This document shows positions 38,350 through 52,474 of a stretch of DNA of 64,000 nt, piece by piece. This DNA comes from Dicyema japonicum (taxonomy: Eukaryota; Animalia; Dicyemida). Position 1 is the first letter of the stretch, and each line of letters starts with the position of its first letter. The notes under the pieces are model-generated. The model did not search any database, had not been told where the DNA came from, and was given only the letters and a program-made list of their open reading frames with translations. Location: NCBI GenBank assembly GCA_011109175.1, contig RDEW01000021.1, forward strand, positions 445,080 to 509,079, in the 5' to 3' direction. Made by a program: the position numbers and the translations under genes.

Positions 38350-40986
38350 GCATGTTCCGAAAGACAATATCTAGAAAAACAATAAATAATCTTTTACTGA
38401 AGAAGGACACTAGACGATCAGGAATTGTTTTAAAGTTTTTAATAACTCCAATAACGAAATTTTTGAAATTGATATTAATGATGCAATAATCAGAAGAACA
38501 GACATTTTCGATCCTTTCAAAGTTGAGGATTTTTAAATATTGAATACACGGAAAATTAAACATTTATTGAAAATCAAAATCCTTTAGAAGATTCAGCAAA
38601 TAGTGAACACAAATCGGAAAAGGCAAAATAGACCTTGCAGTTAGATTAACTGAAATAGAGAGGGAACTCTTAGCCAATGTAGAGAATGAACATGAAGTTT
38701 CTCTAATTTCTTTAATAAGTACAATGCAAGTATTATCGAAAAAAGAAAAAACAGATAGGAATTACATTTTATTTGTTATTTTCAGTGTAATTGTTAATAT
38801 TATTGTAGAATAAAGAAAATATGGCTACAGGCTGGGACATTTACGACACCTACAATCCTCAGGAAGTTACAGAAGAAACTCCTGAAAGAAAATTAAGCAA
38901 AATATCAATTGATGATGATAAGACATCGCATGCATCTGATTATGGAAGCCGTTGATTTCATGTTAAAATCAACAGATGTTACTGNATAAGTACAATGCAA
39001 GTATTATCGAAAAAAGAAAAAACAGATAGGAATTACATTTTATTTGTTATTTTCAGTGTAATTGTTAATATTATTGTAGAATAAAGAAAATATGGCTACA
39101 GGCTGGACATTTACGACACCTACAATCCTCAGGAAGTTACAGAAGAAACTCCTGAAAGAAAATTAAGCAAAATATCAATTGATGATGATAAGACATCGCA
39201 TGCATCTGATTATGGAAGCCGTTGATTTCATGTTAAAATCAACAGATGTTACTGACACGATCGGATTTGAGACACAAACTGATATTTTCTTTAACAAATC
39301 AGGAGTCTCTTCGGTGGTTTCTCATTCACCTTCTAAGAATGAATCACAATACATCGATGTTGGGTTTACTCAATTTACCGTTAGATTAATGCATTTGAGA
39401 ATATTTGTAGAGTCATGGAAAGTTATCTCAGTCTGAATAATCACCAAGAGGAACTGTCAAGATACAGGGATTTTCAAAATCTATGTATTTAGATTGACAA
39501 ATTGTTAGTTTTTGATAATACAAATGAAACATCTCGAAGTCATTCACTTTCTGGTTCAACGTTGGGGATTTTGAAAACTACACTAAAAAAACTATGGAAG
39601 TATCCACAGATTGAAGGTTTTTTCGTCAGTGTAACCTCAATTTCGATAAATCCAGAGAATAATGTATTATATTGATTTAAGTCTAAAAGGACATTATAGC
39701 CGTTGGGTACGGAAATTTAAATCACGGAAACCAGCATAAAGGTCTTGTCTGCTGTTGGTCCCTAAAGAACCTGCTTGTAGAATCTGATATTATGATGTAG
39801 CATCCGGGGAGAAAATATATTCAAAATATAGGAGTCACTGCAGTCAGTTTCTCTAAGGAAAACCCAAATCTCCTGTCGGTCAGTTATTTTCGAGTCTAAA
39901 CTAGGTTGGACTGATAGATGGTTCTATACTCATATACAATTTACGGTCCGCGGTGAATGAACTATCTTTTCTAATCAGTCTGGGATTTACTAATTTGCAG
40001 AAGGATCTTTTCGAGACACCATGGTCCCATTTGGGGATTAGAATGGGTAATCAAGTCTACAATGGACGGAGAAGTAAGTGAAATGCTTATCTCCACGTCA
40101 AATGACGGAAGAGTAATCCAGTGGAATATTAAGAAAGGGTTGGAAGGATATGGTAACAAGTGATACTTAGTCCTAGACATTATGAAATTAAAAAAAGCCT
40201 CGGAGAGACTCAAACATGTTGAACCTGGTGGACAAATTGCAAAAACGAAGAAAACAAATTATATTCTCTACAGAAATTCTGAATGTTACTGTTTTGACTT
40301 TTCCCCAAAAGATCCCAATATGTAAACCAGTAATCATAATTATAGATACTTTGCGGGGACAAATGAAGGATCAATATATAAATGTTCGTGTTCATACAAC
40401 GAACAACATATTTCTAGTTACATTGGGCATACTGTAAGTCCATAAAAGTCACTTATGCAGGCACCGGTCTACAAAATAAAAGTGTCTCCATTTATGCCAG
40501 ATATATTCATTTCAGCTGGAGCTGATTGGAAGATTAATTTGTGGAGTTCAGAATCTTCGAAATGTTTACTCTAACTGAATCAGGGGACAGTTATACTATA
40601 TGTAATAATTTTAGGAGGAATTTATTGATTTAAGTTGGTGCACGTGGAATTCATGCGTCTTTGCCTCTGTTCGTAAAAATTTCGTTGAAATATGGGACCT
40701 TTCAGGACAGAATACTGATCCTATTTTTTCATTAAAAGCTATTAGCAGTGAAAAATTCACTACAGCTAAATTTTCCTCAAATTCAAAAGTTTATCATTTT
40801 TATATGCCAGTGTCTATTCGTGGGAGATTCTGAAGGCGGTGTTAGTGTATACGAACTCATGAATCTGGAGATAGACGATAACATTGAGGTACGCTCATAC
40901 TAAGATTACAGACTAATAAATTGAACAAAATAGTGTTTCAACTAAGAAAAAATGATGAAATGAAAGAATTAGAACCTAACATTTAA
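38350..40986 (+). CDS. DNAI4: Dynein axonemal intermediate chain 4 (WDR78), WD40 protein with many micro-introns; start approximate
   Basis: Motifs match WDR78: MATGWDIYDTY, DIIAVGYG...KGLVCCWSLKN, GVTAVSFS...PNLL, HHGPIWGLEW...STSNDGRVIQW, YFAGTNEGSIYKCSCSYNEQ, APVYKIKVSPF and VFVGDSEGGVSVY. Introns include 40322-40345 (24 nt) and 40434-40460 (27 nt). Bases 38715-39254 are duplicated across an N join. Confidence 0.9.
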
Positions 40987-41039
40987 TATGCTTTAGATTT
41001 ACTAATTAGTGGATTTTTGCTTCCTGAAAACTTAAATTA

Positions 41040-41521
41040 TTAAACGTAATTATTCTCACAGCATATTATTAGCAGATGATCCCCCAAGTTTGTTTCAATT
41101 TTGGGTCGAATGTAATACGAACTCGGATTATACGTGTGCCTTACTTTGTTTGGAACTTTGGATTTCTTACCCATTTACTTATTGCATAATAGCAAATGTA
41201 TACTTTGGACGACTTTGTGCCACATGTAATCATGACGCAGCTTACTCCCGTATTTAGTAGCCAAATGATCAACAGATATTCATCTTATAATGATGATACA
41301 TCTTCTATCCACTCCAAAAAGGTTCTGAAGATATACAATGTCTCACTTTGAGGTGTATTATCACCATATTTTAACCATGTCGCTGAAAACTTAACATCAA
41401 CATGCGGGTTATCCATTACTTTGTAAAGGACCGGGTGAATAGATCTTTTTAATAAAGGGTTTTTCTGCGACTTGATCAACACCTTCACATTTCCAACCAC
41501 ACTGTCATTGACACAATACAC
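41040..41521 (-). mobile_element. R4-like REL retroelement fragment
   Basis: HPVLYKVMDNPHVDVKFSATWLKYGDNTPQSETLY aligns with HKVLFRALDNPHVDLKSSTIWLKYGDNSPRSEALY in the 54978 ORF. Confidence 0.8.
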
Positions 41522-41559
41522 TCAATCCCATAAATGATGACCCAATTCCCATAAATGAT

Positions 41560-42145
41560 GTCCAAGTTATATATAAATAATACACGAGTAAATCTATATT
41601 TTAATTTCCCCTATTATGGTATCAACTAATACAAATATGAAAAGTCGCAAGGTTTTTATGAACGAAAGTCTATTTAATCAAATTAAAAGACTTTATAAAG
41701 TTAAAACAAAAGAAGAGTTGATTGAGATCACCTCGATCAGCAAAAAGAGTTTGAACAGGTGTATACAAAAGATCGAAAGCTGTGAACTCAGGATCCTACT
41801 TTCGGTGATCTTTACAAGACAGTAGGCCGAAAAAAGAAAGATAAAGAAATGTTGAATGTCGAAATGAGATCTATTTTTGGAAATGACAACTCGCTGACAC
41901 AAGTTGGTCTTCAAGAAAAACTTTCAGTGAATCTTTCTAAGTCTCAAATTTCAAGAGATTTAAAGGAGGCCTGCATCACAAGAAAAAGACTCAAGAAAAG
42001 GTCCGAAGTTAGATTGAGTACAGAAAATTTGGCAGAAAGGGGAGTATTTTCATCAAGAATGTTAGGGTTTAGAAATCGGCCGTTATTATTTTTGGATGAA
42101 ACCGGGTTTAATTTGCATATTACAACAGTTTTTGGGAAAGGGTAA
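41560..42145 (+). mobile_element. Tc1/mariner-IS630-like transposase, 5' part
   Basis: HTH-like segments (SISKKSLNRC; LSKSQISRDLKEACITRKRL) are followed by LLFLDETGFNL, which holds the first catalytic Asp. The ORF is frameshifted and truncated. Confidence 0.8.
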
Positions 42146-42439
42146 CAAGTCTAATCAAAGACTGAGCCTTTGTAGTGGCCAAGGAGTATTTTTACAAAAC
42201 TCAATTTTCCTGGGATCAGGAGATGACTTTGTTAACTTCATTAATGAGTGGGTAGAGAGGGTAGTATGTGGTACCAATATAAAGCCTCGGATTATTGTTT
42301 CACTGACCAACCTCTCAGCAAATCCGCCAGCATCATATTTTCATCCTCGCATATAAAGTATAGTGTAGGGACATTCTCCTGATACTATCAATCAAGAATC
42401 ATACGATTGCAGTAATATGTATTTTCCTAGCTTTAAGGA

Positions 42440-42830
42440 CTCCCAGGATTCTATTTTTTCTAAGACAAATGTCTTACTTTCTTTCCATCAACAAGTCCTC
42501 TCCCAAGTCCAGCACGATTAATATACAACCTCTGTTAGCAGGCTTTTAATGTACTTTATACTCCGTTAAACGGCGAATTTCAACAGCAAGACTCAAATCC
42601 TTCGGTTCAATGTCAACTAAGCCAATGCAGTAATTATAGACAGGTAAGGCATGGTCATTGAGCTTCCTATGTACCAATCTCACGATCCCCTTCCTCACGT
42701 TTTTCGCGATCGTACTCAAAACATTTTGTTTCATGACGCTGCAGGTACGATCCTCTAAAACTCCGAGGTAGCGATAATTTAGAAATTTTACATCGATGGT
42801 GCATTTCAGATTAGCTGCAGACTCCTCGTA
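42440..42830 (-). mobile_element. REL-type retroelement RT thumb-region fragment
   Basis: YRYLGVLED is followed by KLNDHALPVYNYCIGLV, typical of R4-like RT C-terminal subdomains. Confidence 0.6.
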
Positions 42831-43531
42831 AGACCAACCACACTGAAATATTCACAATCTCATTCATCATCCTCAACACAAAAAACTGTATAGACAACAA
42901 ATCTTCTGCAATATTTCACGGTTCAATAACTGCAAAAAACAGAGGGAGTTTCTTTAGAGAATATTTATAGGAAACCTCGATCAAAGTTTGATTCCAATGA
43001 CCGTTCTCTTCTAGCAAGCCAAATTTACAACAGGTCTCCCTTAAGTCTCGTGCAACTTCCTCTGAAGATTGTTTTACCTCATTTAGGATCACAAGCTAAA
43101 TTTGTGAATTCTATCGGGAAAACGTCAGATAGCCACACAAAATTAGTATTTTATTATGAATTTTGACACTTATAGCATTAATTTTTCATATCTACTGTGG
43201 ACATAGTAATAAAGTTATTTTAATGATGAGTAGTGACGTATTGAACGAAATGCCTATTCTGCTTTATGATGGATAAAAGCCAGTACCTTCCTTCTTCTCA
43301 TGACCATGGAAGAAGACTCACGTCAGAAATTCTCAACAAAGAAGCGTATGATAGACGTAACATCCGTCAATCTCGTCCAACCCAAAATTGAAGGGAGTAT
43401 CACATGTCAGGCGGTAATGGTTAATACGACTATATGCATGCTGCTAACAGAACGATCACAAATCAGGAACTCAAACCTCAATAACAAACAAGTACAAATA
43501 AGTAGTCATTTTTGTAATAAAATCAGACAAA

Positions 43532-45548
43532 TTACAGTCCATTAGTGCCAATTGATGGGACACAGTCATCCCCCTGTAACACAACAGAACAGTAAGCCAA
43601 ATCCCAGTACTGTTCAACACCAAACTTCTTAAATTGATCCCTCGCAAACGTTGCTGTCGGACAATTCTTGAAAGAAATATCAGAAAAAGCTCGTTTCTGG
43701 ACAACTCCCTGCAATGACACCGAAACTCCAACCTCCCAAACAAGTACACACAAATTGTCCACTTCCCCCACATCTGTCGTCTTCTTAACCTTATTCCAAC
43801 GTATCCTTCTTAGCATAAGGGCTTTAAATCTCCTCGTCTGTTTAGGTCCTCCCTCAACAACGACAACGTTACAATCAGGCAACAAAGTGACAAATCCAGT
43901 CATTAGCAATTGGCGACAGTTTGTCTCAATCTTGAAACGATGGCTAGCATTCGTCAACACGGGGATTCTTAAATCTCAACAAACCCCTACCTGAATATGA
44001 GTACATACACCCCTGTTGATACATCCTCTGATATCTTCTTAATAACCTTCTCTTTCCTTTCCTGATCATTAAGTTTTCTCTCAGCATTTGCCTTATTGTG
44101 TTGTCTGCCGTAATAATAACCACCACCTTTTCCGACTAGCCATTTGACTTCGCACAATTACTTCCACCTTGGTAGGATCCTGTACAGCCTGAGAGCCCAT
44201 AACTCTCATCAGATTGGCCATATTCACTACAATAACATCATAAAGTACCCTTTGGTTCGGGAGGTTTCACTAGACCCAATCTTATCTTTTCCTGTTGCTC
44301 CTTCTGAGCTTCCAATCGACTCTGCCTTCTCATCTTTTTCCTTTCCTTCTTTGTCAGAGGAACCACAATCCCACGTTTGGCTTCACTGGTCTGGGAGACT
44401 GGGGGAACGTACTTCTTTGGATGTTCTATGAGATTCCCAATATTAATAAGCTCTCCAGCTAATTCCCCATTTTCAATGGCTGTCATGGCAACATTATAGT
44501 CATGCGAAGAAATCATAAGCATGTCCCACCACTCCACATCAGGAATACTCTCAATCAACTACCATAAAGTTAACAAATACATAGTTATTCTCAGGTTGGA
44601 CCGCCACAATCTTGGAGACAGAGGCTATCCCCGTCTTTCTGGCCACTTTAGCAATCTCCATTTGTAATTTTGATAATTGTTGCTAATGTAAGACAACCCA
44701 GAACCTTCGCCTTTAGTCGACGAGCTTTCTCCAAGAATCTCCCGGTTCATTGAATTTTAGTTGTCGTTTCAGTCTCCCTGATGCCCTCACTCTGAAATTA
44801 TCATTTCTCCCTACTTTATTCGTGGATCGTAGAATGTCTTGTCCACAATAACACCGTCCTCTATAGATGACTTTTTGGGTAGAACTTTAACTTCCTGTCT
44901 GGAAACACGGATGTTGGCTTGAAGAGTTGGAGCGTTTCGTTTTATTTCGACGTCTTCCCCAGTCTCAGAGTTTACCATCCTTCCGCGTTCATCCATAATC
45001 AACCCAGAGGGCCTATAATGACGAATAAGAATTACCGATCCTCAATTTTTCGTGCAAGCCTACAATTAATAACAAAAAGTACGATTCAGCGAAAGGGGAC
45101 GACTTTAGAGCGTTTAAACGTTTTTGTATGTTGTTTGTTAGTTCCTCTGCTCGTTTTTCCATGGCCTCTCTTGCATTTGAATTATGGGATTTGTCCCCAT
45201 CTTTGGGATCCTTCACCTTTTTGGTTTCAGATCTCTCTCGGGACCTTCGACTAGAGTCATGCCGCCTGCTCTTGCGATGATCAGATTCTCTTTTTACAAA
45301 ATCCAAGTCATCAAAATATCTGAGTGCACGTGCAGCCAGACTTTCAGAATCTCTTCTATTTAGAAGATTTCTTAGGTTGTCTGTAATTAACACGAATTGT
45401 TACGAGATATTTTGTATTCAGACATATTTCTCTCCATGCAGTTCATTAGTTCTGACAAAACTTGTTTATCTTCATGTCCAAGAGTTTTGACAACTGCTTT
45501 GTTCATGGATGCTCGCAGTTTGTCACCATCTCGGTTGTTTAATGACAT
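43532..45548 (-). CDS. PRPF3: U4/U6 snRNP protein Prp3
   Basis: The N-terminus is PWI-like ([24 protein letters not shown]). Other motifs read [42 protein letters not shown]|[18 protein letters not shown]...[11 protein letters not shown] and EQYWDLA. Introns include 45381-45403 (23 nt) and 44227-44248 (22 nt). Confidence 0.96.
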
Positions 45549-45647
45549 TTCTTGATTTTACCCACAAAGCAACTAACAATTTATATCAAATTATTTAAAT
45601 TTTATTCATTATTTTAATAAAATTTCATAATAATAATTTTTTATTTA

Positions 45648-46132
45648 TTATTCATTACTTAATTTTTTATCTAACAACCAGGTGCGGAGAAAGGCGTCCG
45701 TCTTCGCTTCCAAGGTCATCAACAAGTCATCGTACCTACCATTGAATATGCTTGTTCCGCCTGGAGGTTTGCGATTCCCCCTTCGAGAGTGGATCGTTTG
45801 AACTCCCTCAGGCGGAGAATTATGAACACCACACAAACATCCCCATTGGCGAACTAACTTCAATCATTATAACCATGAAAACATTCATTACTTGATCGTC
45901 TATCCTTACATTCTTCACGTGTAAAACTGGTTCAAAAGATACTTTTCCATCCCTCATTAAGAGCGTTTTAATCAGCGTCGATTTCAATGTCAAGAGTCGT
46001 ACTTTGTTATCTTTTTCCATGTAGATCTAAGGGGTTTCTATATCCTTTCTCAATTGGAACCTCTAGTGTGTCTGAATAACCCCTGATTTCATATGCACTG
46101 TTCCACATTTCTGGGAATTTCCAATATGTCCC
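45648..46132 (-). CDS. Hypothetical gene, 3' exons only
   Basis: Two GT-AG introns of about 34-35 nt join GTYWKFPEMW...DTLE|IYMEKDNKV...RIDDQ|LVRQWGCLC...DKKLSNE* in one frame. No family was recognised. Confidence 0.4.
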
Positions 46133-46194
46133 CTATTTTCGCTCTTCTCATTTCGATTATCCCAACTAATTTCGTGTTTAAATTATCCTTTTTT

Positions 46195-46274
46195 CTTTCT
46201 CTTGTGTGTGAGTCCATTCTAGACTATCCAGTTCCGCAGTGAGTATCCACTGATGACGGCGTCACTCGTCAAGC
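46195..46274 (-). mobile_element. 5'-truncated copy of the tRNA-derived SINE
   Basis: The reverse complement is nearly identical to 30004-30085 (GCTTGACGAGTGACGCCGTCATCAGTGG...CACTGCGGAACTGGATAGTC). Confidence 0.85.
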
Positions 46275-46744
46275 AGGTAGCTCAAATAGTCAAAATAATT
46301 TGAATATAATCAATACGACTCCGAAGACAATAAAATATTGTACATCCTACTTATTGTTAGCATTCAAACGTATTATTGTTGATTCCTTTGAAATACCCCT
46401 CTGTTTGCTTTTTTCCAATCACTTGCAGCAGATACTGAGGCCATGCAAATTAAGAATACATTCATTCTGACTAAGTCTTTAAGTCCGAAGAATTAACTAA
46501 CTTTTTTGTGTTAAAAAATTGTTCTACTAAAAGTAATATTTGTATTATATCATGGAATATAAAGCGCAAGATTGTATATTTTTTCTAAGGGAGGCGTTTA
46601 GAAAAAAGCTTGGAAACCTCTGTAAAAGACTATATGAACATGAACAAAGCTACTTGCCTTCTGCCACCCCCAATATTCTTGAACGCTTATCCTCACATCT
46701 ATTTGTCCGTTTCTCAATCTCTTGAATTTACAACATGGTTTTAT

Positions 46745-47760
46745 TATTATTTATTATTTAACCCAAGAACACCAATAGTTAATTTAATTGTATTAAACTA
46801 ATTAGGTGATCCCGGCCGCCTCCATCAGGTCTCTCATCTTTTTTCCGGTGGACCTTCCGAGATCCAACACAGCTTCTCTGAGGACTGGAGGGTTTTGAAA
46901 GAAATACAAGAGGGTTGATGTAAAGTCTTCTAGTAAGACCCAATCCATTAGAGCATTGTAGGAAGTTGGATTTTCGGCACAGAGCGGCGAATCCCTTCCC
47001 ATTTTGTCCGATAAGGTCTTCCAGAGAGGTGGGTGTGAGACTGACTGTTCTCACAAGCTTGCCGATAGTTGTAGCTGATAGGGACTGAATATCACTGATT
47101 TTCTGTTTGTTCGTCCAGGATAGGTGATTCCACAAGACACACAGGCGTAGCTGATAGATGGCTCAATGAATTGTTTATGTAGTAGTTTCAATGCTGGGAA
47201 AGGGGTTCTGATGCCACCAAAAATAGATTTGATCAAACCAAGCTTTCTTGAGCAGGTTCCGGAGATTTATTCGACATGAGGGGAGAAGGTCATGTGCGTG
47301 TCAAAGGCGACTCCTAAGATTTTCAATTTTTTTGTAAAAGTTATTTTAGTTTGGTTGATAAATAAATCAACGGTCATTCTTCCAAGACGTTTGTCTGAGG
47401 TAAATAGGGATGTGGAGGACTTCTCAGGAGATATATCAAGTCTGTTGGAGATTAACCTATTTTGAATCACGTGTAGTTGTTTTTTGAACTCTTTCTGAGG
47501 TTTTTAGGAGATCCTGGTCACGGGATCCAATTAGAATGTCATTAGCATAGGAGGGGAGAAGATCGTCTTTATCAACTGATCGTGGCAAATCGAACATAAA
47601 AAGGTTGAATAAGGCGGGGACAAAGGAGAGCCTTGCGGAACACCATTGGGAAGTAGTCTCGAAAGTGATTTGGTCCCATCCATACAAACCCGAGTCCTTC
47701 TCCCGCTGAGGAAATTCGAAAGTCAGAATTTTAGATTGGGGAATTTACAACATGGTTTTC
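46745..47760 (-). mobile_element. APE-type LINE 3' portion, 'GIT*' family
   Basis: Motifs read LFNLFMFDLP...YANDILI, KLKILGVAFD and LHKQFIEPSISYA. The ORF ends DLMEAAGIT* at 46802 with a (TAA/TAAA) tail. Confidence 0.88.
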
Positions 47761-48039
47761 GTCCTCATTATTCAATGACTATTGGTTTTTTTGGATGGTG
47801 AATTTGTGTAAGGAAAAGTGGGAGATAGTCATTGACCAAGACGCATTTGCTTAGAAAGTATTGGTTAAATAAACCGAAGATAGATCATAATGACTCAATT
47901 GGTTTCCGAGATTATTCAAGTTACATCCGTTAAAGGCGAGAATTACCAATAAAAAACAACGTCATTAGGTGACCCCGGCTTTTCCAAGCAAAGATTTCAT
48001 CTTTGTTTGATGTTCCTTACAGGATCCTGGGCATTTTTT

Positions 48040-48780
48040 GTAGATTTTTCTATTTAATTTGAAGTGATTTTTTGGCTTAATAATAGAAGGAACACTCAAC
48101 TAGATTTCATTCTTAACTCCCTCTTTGGTTGTCAAATGGGAAGGTTCTTGTGATTTTATTTCTTACTGACCCATCAACTCAATACAAGTCCACTTGAACA
48201 ACAACGGATTTTTCAAGATAACCCAGGAATTCTTCCGGACTCTCTTAAAGAAATAATTTATAATTTTTCCAAGATGATATCAACTTACTCGTGCGTCACT
48301 AGTAGAGATCAACCACCTTCCTACCCCAAAAGACCTCGGTGGTAGGAAAATTCAGATTTTAGGGAAAACTAATTTAAGAAGCTCGCAAGTAGAGTTCATG
48401 ACAGATTTCTTTCTCCACCATGCCTTCCAACGAAGGTTTCTTCAGTACCACTTTGAGTTCCTACTGAATCGTTCAGATCCCCAACGATGAATATTAATGA
48501 TGAATGAACATCTTGGAGTGCACCGCTGTGAAATGCGTAGGAGTTTACGATTAGCATCATTTATTTTCGATTGTACCACCCCAATAGTGAGATATCTTGG
48601 GATCCATGTCGTTCCTTATTAAAATGTTTTGATTCACTGGAGAGGAAAATTAGGTAATATACTCCACGATATTTTCCAAATCCGTTTTTCAACTTTGCTT
48701 CTGGTGGAGTACCTATAGAAACATTGTACTTTTCTAAGTCATCAGAAAGAGTTTTTCATTTAAAGACATTTTTGTTCTAG
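48040..48780 (-). mobile_element. Decayed RTE AP-endonuclease fragment
   Basis: SDDLEKYNVSIG and GDLNDSVGTQSGTEETFVGRHG align with CQDLHNYDVAIGCLQETK and GDMNAKVGRRTDTDETF in the 53938-54718 element. Confidence 0.65.
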
Positions 48781-49501
48781 ATATTTTGCCGCGTGGCGCC
48801 ATGTGGTGCCGCGTGGTTAATTGGTTTAAATTTTCTACTTGCTTGTCTGTTCCTCCTCTCTCTTCCTAATAGAGTGGCGTCATGTGATCCACCTGTCTAG
48901 GTGACGCCCAGTGCCAGGCCGGCATGAAAAAGGATCATTTGCTCTTCCCCACTCCACTGGAAGGGATTCCACAACTGCATGTAATGGCCGTCTTACCTTT
49001 ATGCTGATTCCGGATGGACTCTGTTTCTGTAGAAGTGGAAACTGGATACACTTAATTAGTTGTTTACTTTAACTTCTTTCTCGGTGTATCCGGGGTTAAC
49101 AAATAAGCTACGTTAGTACGGTTATGTCCAAATGAATGATTTGTGTGTGTTGGCTTTGGCCGAGGTTACGGTCAATGTCGCCACGAAAACATGATCTTGG
49201 AAGTACGAGAACGGCAAATAGATTAAGCTACATCTATAGGAAGTTTGCTCTACAACCAGGCGGCTCACATTATTATTATTACCCCAGGATTTCCGGATAA
49301 AAAGGAAAAAAGTTCCTAACTAACTAAGTGACCACAGATCGACATGGTGGAGGTCTTATTCGATGAATGCAAGAATCCAGGACATGGAATAATCAACAAT
49401 AAGGCGATCCACATGAAAAACAAGTCCACACAAGACGACTAGATTTTTGATTTTATTTTATTTAGATAATTAAATTTTAATTAATTAAATAATTAAATGT
49501 T

Positions 49502-51233
<1,732 letters not shown>

Positions 51234-51599
51234 AAAATGACGCGTTTTTTAAATAACCTCAGATATACATGAAATAAGTTTTATTCAGTTCCCCCGGCGG
51301 TGTGGGACATTTCTCTTCCAAGTATCCCCCATCATGGGAACCCCTCAACTAGAGTAGTAAAAGAAGGATCCCCTTTGGATGCTGGCCAGGCATTTAATGT
51401 CTCCGAGTTAGGTGGACCAAATAGCGCCTCTAAGAATTGAAGAAGGCTAAAGAGCAGAAAAGAAATCTTTCTACCAAGTAGGTAGCAACGTGGGACTCAA
51501 AGACATAGCTAAGTGACAGCACTAACCACTAAACTATCTGATCAATTTGATGGGTTTCCCGGTTTTTTGCGAAACGTAAAAACTCTAGGTAAAAATTCT

Positions 51600-52440
51600 T
51601 AATACTTTCAACTTGACTTGAATTTACAATATAAATGGGAAATTCTCTTCTACATATCGCATCGGATAAAAAACTACCACGTGGAGAAAAAAACAGAGCA
51701 AATTTAGGAACACGTAGTTTGAGCGAAAACACAGTACTCCATGAATTAGTACTTTTGTCTTATAAATGGAGCGAATTGAAAGCTACATTTTTGTTCCAAC
51801 AAATTGTAGCGCTGTAAATTAGTGGCGCCAATACAAGCACGTGTCTTTATATGAGCCTTTACGGATATTGTGGGATCAAATTCGTATTCCTCCTCAAAAT
51901 TAGTGTTTTTAGTGTTTCTTTTTCATTTCGATTATAATGTCATGAAATTCCTCACATTCATTACTACACAATTTGAAGGATCATCCAAAAAATATTCAAA
52001 AATAGATATTCAAATTTCGTAACATCAGCATCCATTAGATTCGTCGGATTCTTGGTTTCTTATTTCAGAAGATTTTGTGGTCCTCGACTTATTTGGTTTG
52101 CTCTTTATTTTACAAAAGACGAATTCCAACTTTATTTTTTGGAGTTGACATTGATCCTTGGATGGTTGGATACTCTTCATTTTACACGTGGGTTCCAGAC
52201 AATGATGTTGAAACATGATTGTAGAGAATATTTCAAAATTCAGTATTATGTTTATTACAGAGCTAATGGGTTTTCTTTCACAATCAGGTCTCTGACTGGA
52301 GAATCTCTGGGAATCGCAGTCTCATCTCCGGACTCATTTGATTCCATGTTTCGTTGGGATGGGGGACTTTTTCTCATTATCAGATTTTAGTGAAGATAAC
52401 TTACATTTAGAGTATTTTTTCGAGGACTTGGCTAGAAGGT
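51600..52440 (+). pseudogene. TRPV-like cation channel remnant (ankyrin and transmembrane fragments)
   Basis: Ankyrin motifs GNSLLHIA and ENTVLHELV, then LLSYKW, then LILGWLDTLHFTRGFQT. These resemble the TRPV motifs GNTVLH.LV, L..KW and LVLGW....YF.RGFQ. Frameshifts and apparent deletions are present. Confidence 0.55.
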
Positions 52441-52474
52441 TTGAATTTGGTTATTTGTAGATGAGAGTAATAAG

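Noticed and set aside
38715-39254. Apparent exon duplication inside DNAI4
   Set aside because: It is joined at N 38985 and the second copy has a 1-bp deletion. An assembly or haplotype overlap is more likely than a real duplication.
48787-48816. GC-rich hairpin-like 30-mer
   Set aside because: It is explained as three copies of a 10-bp unit (YGCCRYGTGG), with no further supporting context.
48917-48926. GGCCGGCATG, identical to the start of the genomic HDV ribozyme
   Set aside because: The required nested P1/P1.1/P2/P3/P4 pseudoknot cannot be built downstream. The segment appears to lie within the coding C-terminus of a LINE ending ETGYT* at 49053.
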